This document shows, piece by piece, positions 13,085-24,652 of a DNA stretch of 64,000 nt. Source of the DNA: Amoebophrya sp. A120. Lineage: Eukaryota > Protista > Dinoflagellata. The translations under genes were made by a program, and so were the position numbers. How positions within the stretch are numbered: the stretch's first letter is position 1; each line of letters begins with the position of its first letter. The notes below the pieces were generated by a model that saw nothing but the letters and a program-made list of their open reading frames with translations, had not been told where the DNA came from and did not search any database. The stretch lies in NCBI GenBank assembly GCA_905178155.1, contig CAJINV010000004.1, forward strand, positions 11,696,492-11,760,491, given 5' to 3'.

Positions 13085-13948
13085 TTATTTGCAAAGGATA
13101 TGGATCGGCGGCGCCACGAATTCCCGGACGACTTGCGTTTTCGGCATGGGGTCGCAGTCGAGGTGCAGCACTTGGTTGAGAAAAATCTCCAGCTCGCGGC
13201 GCCTCTGCTCCAGGTCGAACTGGAACAACTTCGACGGAAAATGGTTCAGCGTGTACTTGAATCGGAGCTGCTCGTAGAGCTCGTAAAACTGCGAAAACCG
13301 TCTGGACACCACCCACTTGTGCTGGCCCTCGATCTGCTGAAACTGCTCGCGGTAAAGCGAAACATCGGATGTAAAGGGCGTAACGCAAGTGGTTTTGCTG
13401 ACCGAACTAGAGGGCGACGCCGCGGGGCCTCCAGGTTCTCGTGAGGAAGATGCTCCTGTAGTGGCTCTATTTGATACCGTCCTCGAGGCTCCTGCGGCAT
13501 TCGTCGACAACCCCGGTGAAGATATAGCCGTGTTGTGCGCTCCTGAAACAGCAGCTGCAGGGCTCCTTCTGTGCTGCGTCTGGCCGTTGTAACTGTCGCT
13601 GCAGGGCACTGAGAGCGCGGCGAAGCAGCCGTTAACGCCCGGGAGAACGCTTGCGCCAGAAGGAGGAGCACTACGGTGTCCTTGCCCTACTCCTGCGGAC
13701 GAGGTTGAAAATGACCCACTACCAGAGGAAGCAGAACTACCTGCAGCTGCCCTGCCCCCGAACGTGGTAAAAACCCGTTGCTGCGAACCTCCATCGGGCA
13801 CCACCAGATGGATGTTGTAGTAGACCGCCCCGTCCTCTTCCATGGACTTTGTATAGCTGTAAATGGACGCCCGAATGGCGGACGCGATAGGACGCTCCGG
13901 CAGAACATTGTCCGCGTCTTTCTCGAAGGCGGAAAGAGTGCCGCCCAT
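13085..13948 (-). CDS. PX (phox homology) domain protein, possible N-myristoylation (MGGTLS)
   Basis: VYYNIHLV...KWVVSRRFSQFYELYEQLRFKYTLNHFPSKLFQFDLEQRRRELEIFLNQVL is a typical PX signature, interrupted by a low-complexity insert. Confidence 0.8.
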   Translation of the reverse strand: MGGTLSAFEKDADNVLPERPIASAIRASIYSYTKSMEEDGAVYYNIHLVVPDGGSQQRVFTTFGGRAAAGSSASSGSGSFSTSSAGVGQGHRSAPPSGASVLPGVNGCFAALSVPCSDSYNGQTQHRRSPAAAVSGAHNTAISSPGLSTNAAGASRTVSNRATTGASSSREPGGPAASPSSSVSKTTCVTPFTSDVSLYREQFQQIEGQHKWVVSRRFSQFYELYEQLRFKYTLNHFPSKLFQFDLEQRRRELEIFLNQVLHLDCDPMPKTQVVREFVAPPIHILCK

Positions 13949-15295
13949 TCTTGTTGGGTATTTCTATTGCCAAAAGGTTGCTTTATCCTTGAAAGCGTGC
14001 AGCAGTCTTGTCGACAAGGAATACCATTATCGTCCGACTTCAAGTTCAAAACTCGATGATGTTCTCCCTGTCAAGTAGTTTCTAGTGATCGTGGAGGTTT
14101 GGGGTAAGTAAAGAAAGAAAAGCAAAGAAATATGCGTAAAGGTGCGTGTAGGGCGCAGGCGTGAAGTGAGAAGTTCGAGGTTCGAGAAACAGTACTGATA
14201 TCGTCAACTATAAACTCAACTTTGATTACACAGAAATAAATGGAAGTCATACTACAACAATAGGGAGGCAGTTGGCAGGAGGGACCTGCTTGGGACGGAC
14301 AGACGCAAAAACCCGATACAAACCGACTATTGAGATCATCCAAGCGATTTTTGCGATTAGTAGCATCAAGTATTTTGATGATTCTGCCGTAAACAAACGG
14401 AGGAACAATGAAAACAAAACCGATGTTGGTGCCGCTTTGATGATTTCCTCGACTTTGATATAATTGATTTTGTCGTTTTTTAGCTCGACTAGGACTACAT
14501 GAACGATGTCTGCTCGACGAAAGTGATTTCTTAGACACCTCGTTATTAAACGGCTTCGCAGGCTACTAGACGAAGTTTTTCGTGCTGACAAGCAATGCAA
14601 TGGCAACATCTTCAACACTGGTGCTGGTCAGGTAGTACTCCTGCAGAAGTAGAAGAACACCTTCATCACAGCGAGACCACCATGTGGTCCGCTTTGTCCT
14701 CGAGCACGAAGAAAGGATGTCGGATGTTGACCTGGTTGTCTCTAGAAAAACGGACCCAGGTGACGTGCCATTCTTTTTTCATTTGCCTGCGGCCAGCTAT
14801 GCGAATGCGACGTCGCCAGATGAAAACAAAACAACTCTCTTTTGTCCCAGATGTGTTGTGATGAGGATTTTGAAAATCCGCCCTTCGACATGCAACATGA
14901 CTACTAGCACCGCTCATGCACGTCCTAACGCTAGGTCGTGGAGCTGCGCTTGCACTTATTTTGTGAAAGTTATGTCGATATGTCGTTTTTCTTCTTGCCA
15001 AAAAAATGATGTGCCGTGGTACCTTCATCATGCGCTCAAACATTCTCTTGGACATCTGTTTTAAAAACGGGTACATTCAGTAGAAAACATCATGCGGGGA
15101 AGGCACTTTTATAGACGAGAACATTTTATTTTGACGGACATGCCGGACCTATTTGATATTGATATGATATTACAATCATTCTTTTCCACGAGAATCGACG
15201 GGCAGCGCCACGATATCTGGTGGCATGTTTTCCTCCAGTACTACTGGAGGCACAAATGCTCGTCACACAAACCCAACTACTACTACTCTTTCTGC

Positions 15296-18200
15296 TTAGC
15301 GCTTTTTCTTCGACCCGGCTTGCGTCATTTGCACGGCCCCCGGGCTGGCTGGCTTCGTGGGGAGCTTTCGTGGCGTCAAAGCCGTCGGCTTCGACCTGCG
15401 GAAGCACAGGCCGCAGCAGCCGCAGCACATCAAAAGCTTGAGGAAAAAGATCACGGTGGAGAAGGCGAGGGAGAGAAGTTTCCAGCTGACGCCGATCACC
15501 AGAGAGACGACGACTTTGCGGAAGAGGAAGCACAACACGACTCTGTAGAGCAGGACCTTCAGGAGGAGCTTGTAGACGAGAAACTTCAGGACAAACTGGT
15601 ACAACTGGGGTATTTTGGTTGGTGGAGTTCATCTGCTGCAGAAGTGTAAGAAAAGCTGCATTCTTGTACAAATGCATCAACACGCCGACGAGGAGGTCGT
15701 GCTAGACCATAACCATTGCTATGAACCGGTGCGCGCTCATCGGGGGGGGAACATAAACAAATGAAGTACAACAAAATGTCATCCAGTGAAAATTCTGCAA
15801 GTAGTACCACGAAGTAGCTCAAGAAAATTCCGCCGATGAGGAGGACGAGGAGGTCCCAGGCGCCGTTGGTAAATTTGACTTCTTCTCCGAAGACCTGCAG
15901 CGTTATATTGCAAGGAAAAATCCCCCCTCCCCATACTGAAAAGGTATATTTTTGGAAATTTGTGATGCTGATTTGTGGCAACAAATCGTGTCTGTCTTGC
16001 AAGAAGGCAACTCCGCAGGCTCCGCCGCATTGTGCAGGCGGGTTGTCATGCTGTTCGGCCTACAGCGCGGATGTTTTTCATGCTAAGTGCCTAAGCCAAA
16101 ACCTCGCTACTCACACTTGGTATGGGCCTTCAGTGTTCTCCAGCAAGACGCCTCGGATTTGTGTACGCAAATCCAGCATCACAATTTTCCTTTTCGATAT
16201 GGGGTGGGGGGTTTTTTCCTTTTGATACGTTAGTGGCTGGTAGATGAAAGTCTTCAAGTCTTCCACCGCGGTTTTGCTGCTCAGCAACTCAGTCGCCTGC
16301 GGGATGGCCTTCTCCACGGTGAAGGTGTACCTGCGGTAGTGAAGTTTGTTTTTGATGAACAATTTCATCCACCAAGCGGCCCTTTCAATGAGTGTATCGG
16401 AGCCGTCTGCTTGAACTTCATACAAGTGGATCGCGATTTGCCGACATACGTACACGAAAAAAAAAAATGGATTTTTTGTCGACGACAGAGCAGTACATGT
16501 CTCCCGTGGCGTTTTGCGCAGCGGCGAGCGCCGTGTTGACGTGTTTGTCGACGTTCAGACTCTGGTAGGTTTTCGAGGCCGTGAGCACCAAGGGGTCTAA
16601 GTGCTTTGCAGCGTGCACCCGGTACAGCACGTGACCCTGCGCTATCAAATGCAAAAATGTCTGGGTCTGGAAGATTGCGAGATTTGTCATGCTGATCTGG
16701 CATGGCCCTTAAATCTGTGTTGCGTGGCCGGAAACAGCCTCTCTCGCGTGTCATGCAAAAACGCAATTTCTCATGCGGAATACGCAGCACAGAAGCACGA
16801 AGCAACTTGTCATGCTTGGCGGCGCATTACAGTGCATTTGTTATTGACTGACTTGCATCACAAGTTTGAGTTTCCAGACCCAGACATTCACATTTTTCCA
16901 TTTCATATGCGCCAAGCCGGCCTCTATCTGCGGCTGCACGGAGTTTTCGTACAGATCTGTCGTTTATCAAATGTAAAAGTGTCTGGGTCTGGAAGAATGC
17001 AACTTGTGATGCTGAATTTGGATTCCAAAAAAATCTGTATTGCAGGAGCAGCAAAGGGAGTGTAATTCTTGCTAGGCGGAGAGGGCATTTGTCATGCGGA
17101 ACAGGCATCGCGAGGCCCTCAAAAAATCTGTGACGCTAGGGCATGCATCACAGACATCATGGCCCAGGCAGAACATGCATGACAAGTCTCAGAATCTTCC
17201 AGACCCAGACATTTTTACAGTTGATATCGTTTTTGCGTAGGCCAGCGACGCGCCGTCCTTCAGATTTGCGCCGACCGTCTGGGAGAGCTGGCACATGTTG
17301 GTTTTCAGGCCGGCGCCTTGCTTATCCATCACCGCGCTCAGGTTCTGAAAGTGCGTCTGCAGCACGTTCTTGTAGAAAACGCCTTAAGTAGTGTTGCATA
17401 ATTTTGAACCAGGATGTTGCACGGGAGTGTGCACAACGATCAAAGTGTCGTCGTGGTAAAGATAGTAGAGAGACCTATAGTACTGACAGCGACTTGGCTC
17501 AAAGCTGTTGTAAAAGCTGGGCGAAAGCTATAGGGGCCGACTTTTTTCGTGAATCTCCACGCTGTTGCAGCCAGGACTTGGCTCAAAGTTGGGCAAAAGT
17601 TGGCTCAAAGCTCTAGACCTAAGCACTTTTTTGCTTCTATTTTCTTCTGAAGCGCGACACTATTGCAACAAACTTGTGTGATATGAGCTCTAGACGTTCA
17701 GAGACGGCGAATTGCAAATCAGCATGCTATGATTGGGAAAAGTTGGCTCAAATATGGGTCAAAGCTCTAGAGGTTTTTTTACAAAACGGCCCGAAAAAAA
17801 CGCCGGAAGAGCTAGACGAATCAACTTCCCAGGCTGCCTATGAGGAAGAGGGGCGCCGCGGGCCCAATAGCTTCATCCCAGTTGAGCTCTTCTGCAGTTC
17901 AATTACGACTGCGAAACTCCCCAGGGTAGCTACTCCTCGCCGAAAAACAGAAACTCGCGCGCCCCCAGTGCTTATATATTTCAAGTCCAGACGCAGACGC
18001 GCCGCCGCTCCGGGCCAACGATCTGGACGCAAGAAAACGTCGCCCCGGTCCCGCAAGCGAGCCGGCGCCGCCCTGCCCGGCCGCCTTCTCTCTGGCTGGG
18101 GCCGGGGGCCCGGCTGCAACCGGAAACAGAAAAGACAACCTCCGGGGCGCACCGCCCCCAATGGTACGCGCATCACCCCGGACCGTTTCCACTAATTGGC

Positions 18201-20884
18201 CAAGCATCTCGGCCAGAAGGCGGCGGACAAAAGCCGCCGGCGCCTCTTTTCCCTTGTGCTTAGTGATAAAAACCTCAACGCATACCCTCCGGCCAGCCTG
18301 CCCACTTTTTACTCGGCTATGGCAATGGGCGGGAAAACTAAAAAACCCCGGATACCTGCTGCCCGCTGGCCACGCGCGACACGCAGGAGAGACTTCGCCG
18401 CGCCTTTCCCAGCTGCGTGGCGGGGCAAGCCGAAAGGCGCCGACGCGTCCGCGCCTTGGGTAGCCAGCCAGCCAGAGGCAATGGCGGCCCGGGCGCCCGC
18501 GCCCATGCTACCGCCCAAGCGAATGCGCCAAAGCGGCGCGCAACCGGAAGGGCTGCGGCTCTTTTTTGGTTCAGAGCTCTTCTCATCCGACCGCGGCCAC
18601 CTGGACACGCAGCCAAAGAGCTAGCCCCGCCCTTTCGTCCGCCTCCTATTAGACAGAACCTGTTGCGGCGCTGGGCCGCTGCGGAGTTTCGTGCGAGTTG
18701 CTGCGGGCTCCTTCAGCTGCCCAGCCGACAGAGGGAGAACCCAAGCCCCTGCGTCTTCTGCCTTATCCGACTGGCCGCCGGCCGAAAGAAAACAGCCAAA
18801 ATCGGCAAGGAAGCAGGCTAGAACGAGACGGCGACCAGGCAGTACGTAGGCAGACCTGCACCGAGCGGGGGCCGCAGTGCTTCTCGACGGGCCCTTGCGA
18901 TATACTAGCAAACGCGCCCCGACTTTTGGCCCGAGCATGGATGGCCGTAGGTTTTCTTTCTTCCTTGTAGTGCTGTCGCTCTCTTATTTCTTGAAGCTTG
19001 CCTAGCTAATATCATCTTCGTTTTCATGCATTGCTGACGCCTAGCTATTTACACCGCCTTGAGCCCTATTGTTCTATTTGTTTGCGTAAATTCCCGCGCC
19101 GTTGTGCCTCCACGGCGGCGCGAGTGAGGTATACTGATACTCATGACCATGATTTAGATTTTCAACCAGTGTGAAAAAATCACATCCAATAAAAACCAAT
19201 CAAACTAAAGTCCTCACCCGACAACTTCCCGACTAGTGCGAAGTCCACGTATCCACCCCATGGTGACGCGCCTCCTTCCGCCATTTTTTTGGACTTCTTT
19301 TCTGCCGCTTCGGACTTTTTCTCTGCGTCGGCGACGGCTTTTTTGGCCATTTTCACTTCTTCCTTCGCGGCCTTTATTTGGGTGGCCAGCTCGTCGTTGG
19401 CTCGCTGCGTCGCGTCGGCGTCGTCGTCCGCCGTTTTCTTCAGATCGGCATACTTCTTCTTCAGCTCCTCATACTTCTCTGCCAGCTGTGCTTGTTCGGG
19501 TGATGGTGAAGCTGTTGGGGAAGATGTTTAAGGGGGATGTGAACACGAGAATCACATAAAAACAGGTAAGTCTGGTGGTCTTTATTTGTGCATCTTTTGC
19601 CTATGCGTATGCTATGTACCCAACTGAATAGTTTGCGAATAAAAATTGAAATGTGATACTCTATGCGTTTTCCAAAAGAGACCCTTTTCCAAAACTTTCA
19701 TACCTGCTTCTCCCGCCTTCTTAGCTTTCTTCTCCGCATCTTTGACCTTTTTGTCTGCCTTCTGCTAGTATGCATTGCAACTATGTCTGAGTCTGGCAAG
19801 TCGTCATTCATGCCATTATGTGGATGGCCGGCATACGATACTGACACTCTCATCCACAGAAGTTCTTTATTTTGTACCGATGTGTTGCTGTTGTTTATGC
19901 TGACCATCCCTTGCAAGTTGCCTTTTTGCACAACAAGCAAGGAGTCGTGGTCTCGTTGGTACGCACCATGTATGGTTGTAGACGCTAGCTGCGCTGCGAA
20001 GCTCCAGACCAAGACATTTTTGCTATATGCATAGCTGTATCTCCTCCACGATTCCATTTTGCTGGGCCGATATCCACGAAGAAAATTGCTTCACTGTGAA
20101 TGTAAAGTGCGGAGGATAAAAGGCAGATTCGTCTCTTTTCTTTTGAATTGCAAGGAAATGCATCTCCTTCTCTTAGCGGGACAGAAGGTGCCCACGATGA
20201 CAGATTTCCTTTCTTTGCCATGCGTTTTGCAGCCGTTCTACGGATCGTGCAAGGTCATTACAGTGAAATAATTTCTTCGTACGATATCCAAAACCTTCTC
20301 TATTTTTGCCTCGGCGTCAGCTGTATTGTCAAATTTTCAAGGGAGTTCTGGTTTTCCTCTTCCTCTCTAAAATAGCGCAGTTTTTTTTCTACAGTCACGC
20401 CTCTGCCGCTTTTCTGTTTTTTCATCGACATCGCTTACACTTTCATACTAAGTCAAAGAAATAAACGCACACGAATCTATTAAGCCATTAATCATACCTT
20501 TCTCTGCCTCCAATTTTCCCTCCAACTCCTTGATTTGCGTTTCAGCCTCTGTAAGCTTTTGTTGCGCCAGTTGCTGCAGCTGTCCCAGGTTAAATTCTGC
20601 GGAGCCCTTAGCCTCCTCACACGTTGCTGCTTCCTGTTTTAGTTGTGTATTTTTTGTCGTCATGCACATTTTCCAAACGGAGGGTCTTTTTTTACGTTTC
20701 TCATGCCGCATGATGCGCACGGCAAGCCAGTTGTCAGGCAAAAAGTCCTTACCTCAGTTTTCTTCGCCAGCTGGTCTTTCAAATCTGCGACTTCGCTGGC
20801 AACCGCATTCTTACCTCCCGCGGCCGCGTGTGCAACCGACGCGTAGTACGCGGTGAAGCAAGCGAACGTACGCTTGAGGACCAT
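15296..20884 (-). CDS. Multi-exon protein: signal-peptide-like N-terminus, Lys/Glu/Ala coiled coil, C-terminal hydrophobic segments and Cys cluster
   Basis: Phase-compatible joins: MVLKRTF...KKTE|EAATCEE; AGEA|ASPSPEQAQLAEKYEEL; GKLS|GVFYKNV (GT-AG intron 17383-19217); YAKT|TDLYEN and GLAQ|GHVLY across TIR elements; PYQ|VFGEE; LSYFV|LYQFVLK...MCCGCCGLC. The junction near 16450-16495 and the 19770-20490 interval are unresolved. Confidence 0.6.
16643..16907. mobile_element. TIR introner family 1 (265 bp)
   Basis: Family-1 TIRs (right one slightly degenerate); direct repeat TGCGC on both sides. Confidence 0.9.
16965..17226. mobile_element. TIR introner family 1 (262 bp)
   Basis: Direct repeat TCGTT; nearly identical internally to the copy at 34398-34659. 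Confidence 0.95.
17491..17771. repeat. Cluster of short TTGGCTCAAA(G) / CAAAGCTCTAGA repeats inside a 1.8-kb intron
   Basis: Motif seen at ~17494, 17578, 17600 and 17743. Confidence 0.6.
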
Positions 20885-22830
20885 GCTGCTTGTATGTGCT
20901 TCTACAATGGGGGTAGAACAAGAAGTCTTTCAAGATGAAAAGTCCGCCCAAGATGACAGCAGCAAACCGGAGTTGCTCGCTGGGTCTTGACCTTATTGTG
21001 CGGACGTTGTCGTGGATCTACTTGGTCTGATGGATGCTGCTTTTCATAGCTGTGAGAGAGCGCAATACAGCGTTGAGATACTAACGAAGGCTACAAAATC
21101 GAACTACGAAAGTTTCTTTTGAAAAGAAAATTGAGTACATACGTGCGATAGTTCTTTTTTACTAGGAGATTTCTTGTTGGGAAAGTCGGAAAGAGAAAGA
21201 TGTTCTCGGTCTTCGGGTCGCTGAAGAGGATGATCCGGCTTTCGGGTCGCTTAGGTCATCACAATAGCAATCGGCAAAGATTCGGATTCGGATTCTGACG
21301 AGTTTTTCAAATACCTCGTGGAATTTTCGAAAATGCTCGACATGATACGGATCTTTGTCCGAAATCTTTTTTCTTGGTGCCGTGTGAAGAGTCAAGCTCA
21401 ACAACAAAATAAAGTAGTGATCGGAAGACATGGTTATGGATCATCCGGCGAGCAGCTGCATACTCGTTCGTTTGTTTTATCCGTTTCAACAAATGGGAAT
21501 CATGCAACCAGAACACGACACCGACAGGAGACGCTGCATCTGATTCAGCGCGCAGTTTTAGCATTTGCTCTTCTACTGGGGAGAGCAGAGCCGTCGAGAA
21601 AGATGCCTTGAACTTGATCATGTTGCTACAATTTCATTCTTGACGTTCTTTGTTTTTACATAAAAAAATACTCTTGCTGACTTTCACGAACGCAAGAACT
21701 ATGCTTGACATTCGCAACTATAAAATCAGTAGTGGTGTAGAAGATGCTTTCGCTGGCGACAGGTTGATGTGATGATGATGAATGGTCTAAATTATAATTA
21801 TACATTAAATCTGTCTGTCAAACTTCCCAAATTTTCATTTTCAGGCACTAACACTAAGCGTTTCTTCTTACAGTCATACGTCTGCCAAATTACGAAGTGC
21901 CACTGACACTGGTGATAGACGCACGCGAGACGCAATGTAATTCATTGGCATAGAGAAAGAGCAGAAGTAGTTACTTACTTAATTCGCTCAGAGGAATGCT
22001 GATTGAGTTCAGTGCACAGATTTTCAAACTTCGCCGCGCCCATGCGCCTCCGTGTCGTGTCCTTCGTTTTTGGCGGTGCCGGCCGCATGCAGCGAATCCT
22101 GCGCAAAGCCCGTCTCTCCGTTGTCGCGGACGACAAAGCTCGAAGACAGCCCGTCCGAACCCCGAACAGCCGACCATGGAGGGCCCCCATAGCAGCAAGA
22201 GAACGGAAGCCACGAAGAGGACGTAGACGGAGCAATGGATTCATCATCGGATTCCACCAATTCCTGAAAAAGAAATCAGCCTTTTTCTTTCTTCATCGTT
22301 TTTCATCGTGTTTGCGTTGACGTTGCTCTCATCAAATATTTTCGTTTTGTAAATACAACGGCACTTCTTCTAGTACGATGAATTGCATCTGTGAGGGTTC
22401 TGCGTTATTAGTTGGCACGATGCCGATGCAATTGGGTTGGTTCCACATTCAAACAGAAACCAGAGGAACGCCAATACGTGTTCCTTCCTCCAGTCGGGCA
22501 CGTCCTCCTCGTCTAAGGCTTTGGAGTCAAGACGTGATAAAGAGCCTCGTGATTCAGATTCTCGTTGCCGCCTCTCTTGTGCTTCTTCTCTTTCGCCGAA
22601 TTTTTTCTGTGCTTCGCGCCTCATGCTTCGCGGGAATGCGGAATCTTACCCCTCGGTTCCCTGGCAATACGATGCCATTGCCATTGGATGTATCAATCAC
22701 CTTGAAAGAATATCAATAGGTAGTTTTTTTTTCAGTCCCGATCAGCTGTTGCATGGCTTATGGTTATGCATTCAAACCTTACTACATAAAACATACTGGT
22801 ACTAACTCTACTAACTGCCCAGCCATATAT

Positions 22831-23811
22831 TCAATTCAAACATACTTCGACATGATCGTATGCAGGTTCGATTTCGTCCGGAGCATCGGGTAACTCCGGA
22901 GCATCGGGTAACAACTCGGGTTTCGCCCGCGGACGAGGATTCGGATTTTCGGCCCACGGACGAGGCCACGACGACCTCACTCCCTCCCACCACGACTGGT
23001 AACTCTTCTCCAGTAGCGAGTTATCACCGTCCACTGTGTCGGCAGCGGGCGCCAGGGTCGAACCCGACGACGTCACGCTGACCTCGAGAAACCCGCTCGC
23101 CCCGCTCTCGGCGCACACGCTCGCGAGGTCCATGAGGTCCAGGTTCGGTCCCGCCGTCCCGGTCGTGGCCGATTCCGGCAGCGCGTGTCCCAAGACCGGG
23201 CACTCCTTGGCATCGACCTTGCGGTCGTTGTTTTTGTCGAGTTGGAGAAAGGCGTGCACCGCCCCGGAGTTGTAGGCCTGGACCGCCGGCCACAACTGGC
23301 CTCCGTTGCGGTTTACGATGCCCTGCATCACGTCGACCTCTGCCATGCTGAAACCGCCTCCTTGCAGATCTGGAAAATGAGCTTATAAACTATTGTTTGA
23401 CAGACCCTGCTACTGCTGAAGCAACATAAATAAAGGTTTTTCATTGGACTTTCCATTTTTTCTACTTCATCACGTCAAGATATGCCGCATGCACCAGCAC
23501 GAGAAACAGAAACTTAGACTGTGGGAATAAGTGTTTTTGTGACTGCACCATGGCCAGCAAAACCGAAAGCCAGATGAAGATGGAGATGGTATACCCACTC
23601 TCAGCTCATAAATCGTCTTGAGCCCCGCCAAGTCCTTCTCGGTAATCTCCTTTCCGGCCACAACGCTGGGGGTACGCGCAGCTGCACCGCTCGTGCCCCG
23701 CAGATTCTGCTCTTGGACAAGGGCGAAGACGATGTAGGGGGCTGCAAGCCACCCAGCCATGAGGGAGAGCCCCGACGCGAGCATTGCGCCCGCCTTCACG
23801 TTGGGTCGCAT
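22831..23811 (-). CDS. Signal-peptide-bearing protein with one EF-hand-like loop (2 exons)
   Basis: MRPNVKAGAMLASGLSLMAGWLAAPYIVFALV hydrophobic leader; probable GT-AG join ELRV|DLQGGGFSMAEVD; AFLQLDKNNDRKVDAKEC matches the EF-hand loop pattern. Confidence 0.55.
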
Positions 23812-24652
23812 GTTGAGTTGCCTTTCTTTACTCTTACGTCTAGTGGTAGTGCTTGGCTTCGGTTTGCTATTTGTACTCAGCTTTATTATCTTTGAGCACG
23901 ATGGTGCAGCACCGGCCGAGACTGGCACCCGCAGAGGTCAATTACTTATAGATGATGAAAGGCTACTTGTTACTAGAAACTCAGGAACAACATGAACGAC
24001 GATCAATCATCAAATCCAAGAAAGACATCTTTACTTCTTCTGATCCTCCCTCACGATGACCTCCTGCTGTAGCACGGATTCGCATTGCCATTGGCCCACA
24101 CGCGTTGCGCTCCGACCCTCCTGTCAGTCAAACATTCATGCGTTATGGACCCTCACGCACACGCTCGTGCTCGTCACGTGACCTCGCGCAAGAGATGGGC
24201 TCACAGTAAGACAAATAGAAATATGTCTACGCAGCTGCTGCTGTGTCACAACAACGAAAGGGCCAAGAAAAGCGGAGAATGAATCGGCAATCGGATGAAA
24301 CACGAGCAGTAGAAAAACAAAGAGCGCGAACCGATTGTCGTAATCAGCCTGCTCTTGCGGAGGTCTTCTTCGCTGTCGAATCTACAAGGAAGTGTCTGTC
24401 TCGTGCTCGATCGAGCATTTGATTGGTCATTGCTTCACACCCACAGTCTTCTTCGAAAACGACGAAATTCAAAGCAGATAAATCTGACGTGGAGTAAGAG
24501 TATTCTTCATTTTAGTCTGGGGGTCATTTTTGCATTATCAACACTTCCACTCTGAAGGATCTTACAGTACTTAAAAATCAAAAAGAAACAAGATCAAGAG
24601 TTAAGTCATTATTTTGGTGTGTCATCTGATGTGTCATTTTCTTTTAACTTCA

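Noticed and set aside
14666-15290. Small multi-exon gene (MSKRMFERMMK..., ...HPFFVLEDKADHMVVSL)
   Set aside because: Exon-like fragments exist but I could not build a consistent model or assign a family.
22878-22912. 18-bp tandem duplication CCGGAGCATCGGGTAAC(T)
   Set aside because: Simple coding repeat (PELLPDAPELPDAP) with no wider significance.
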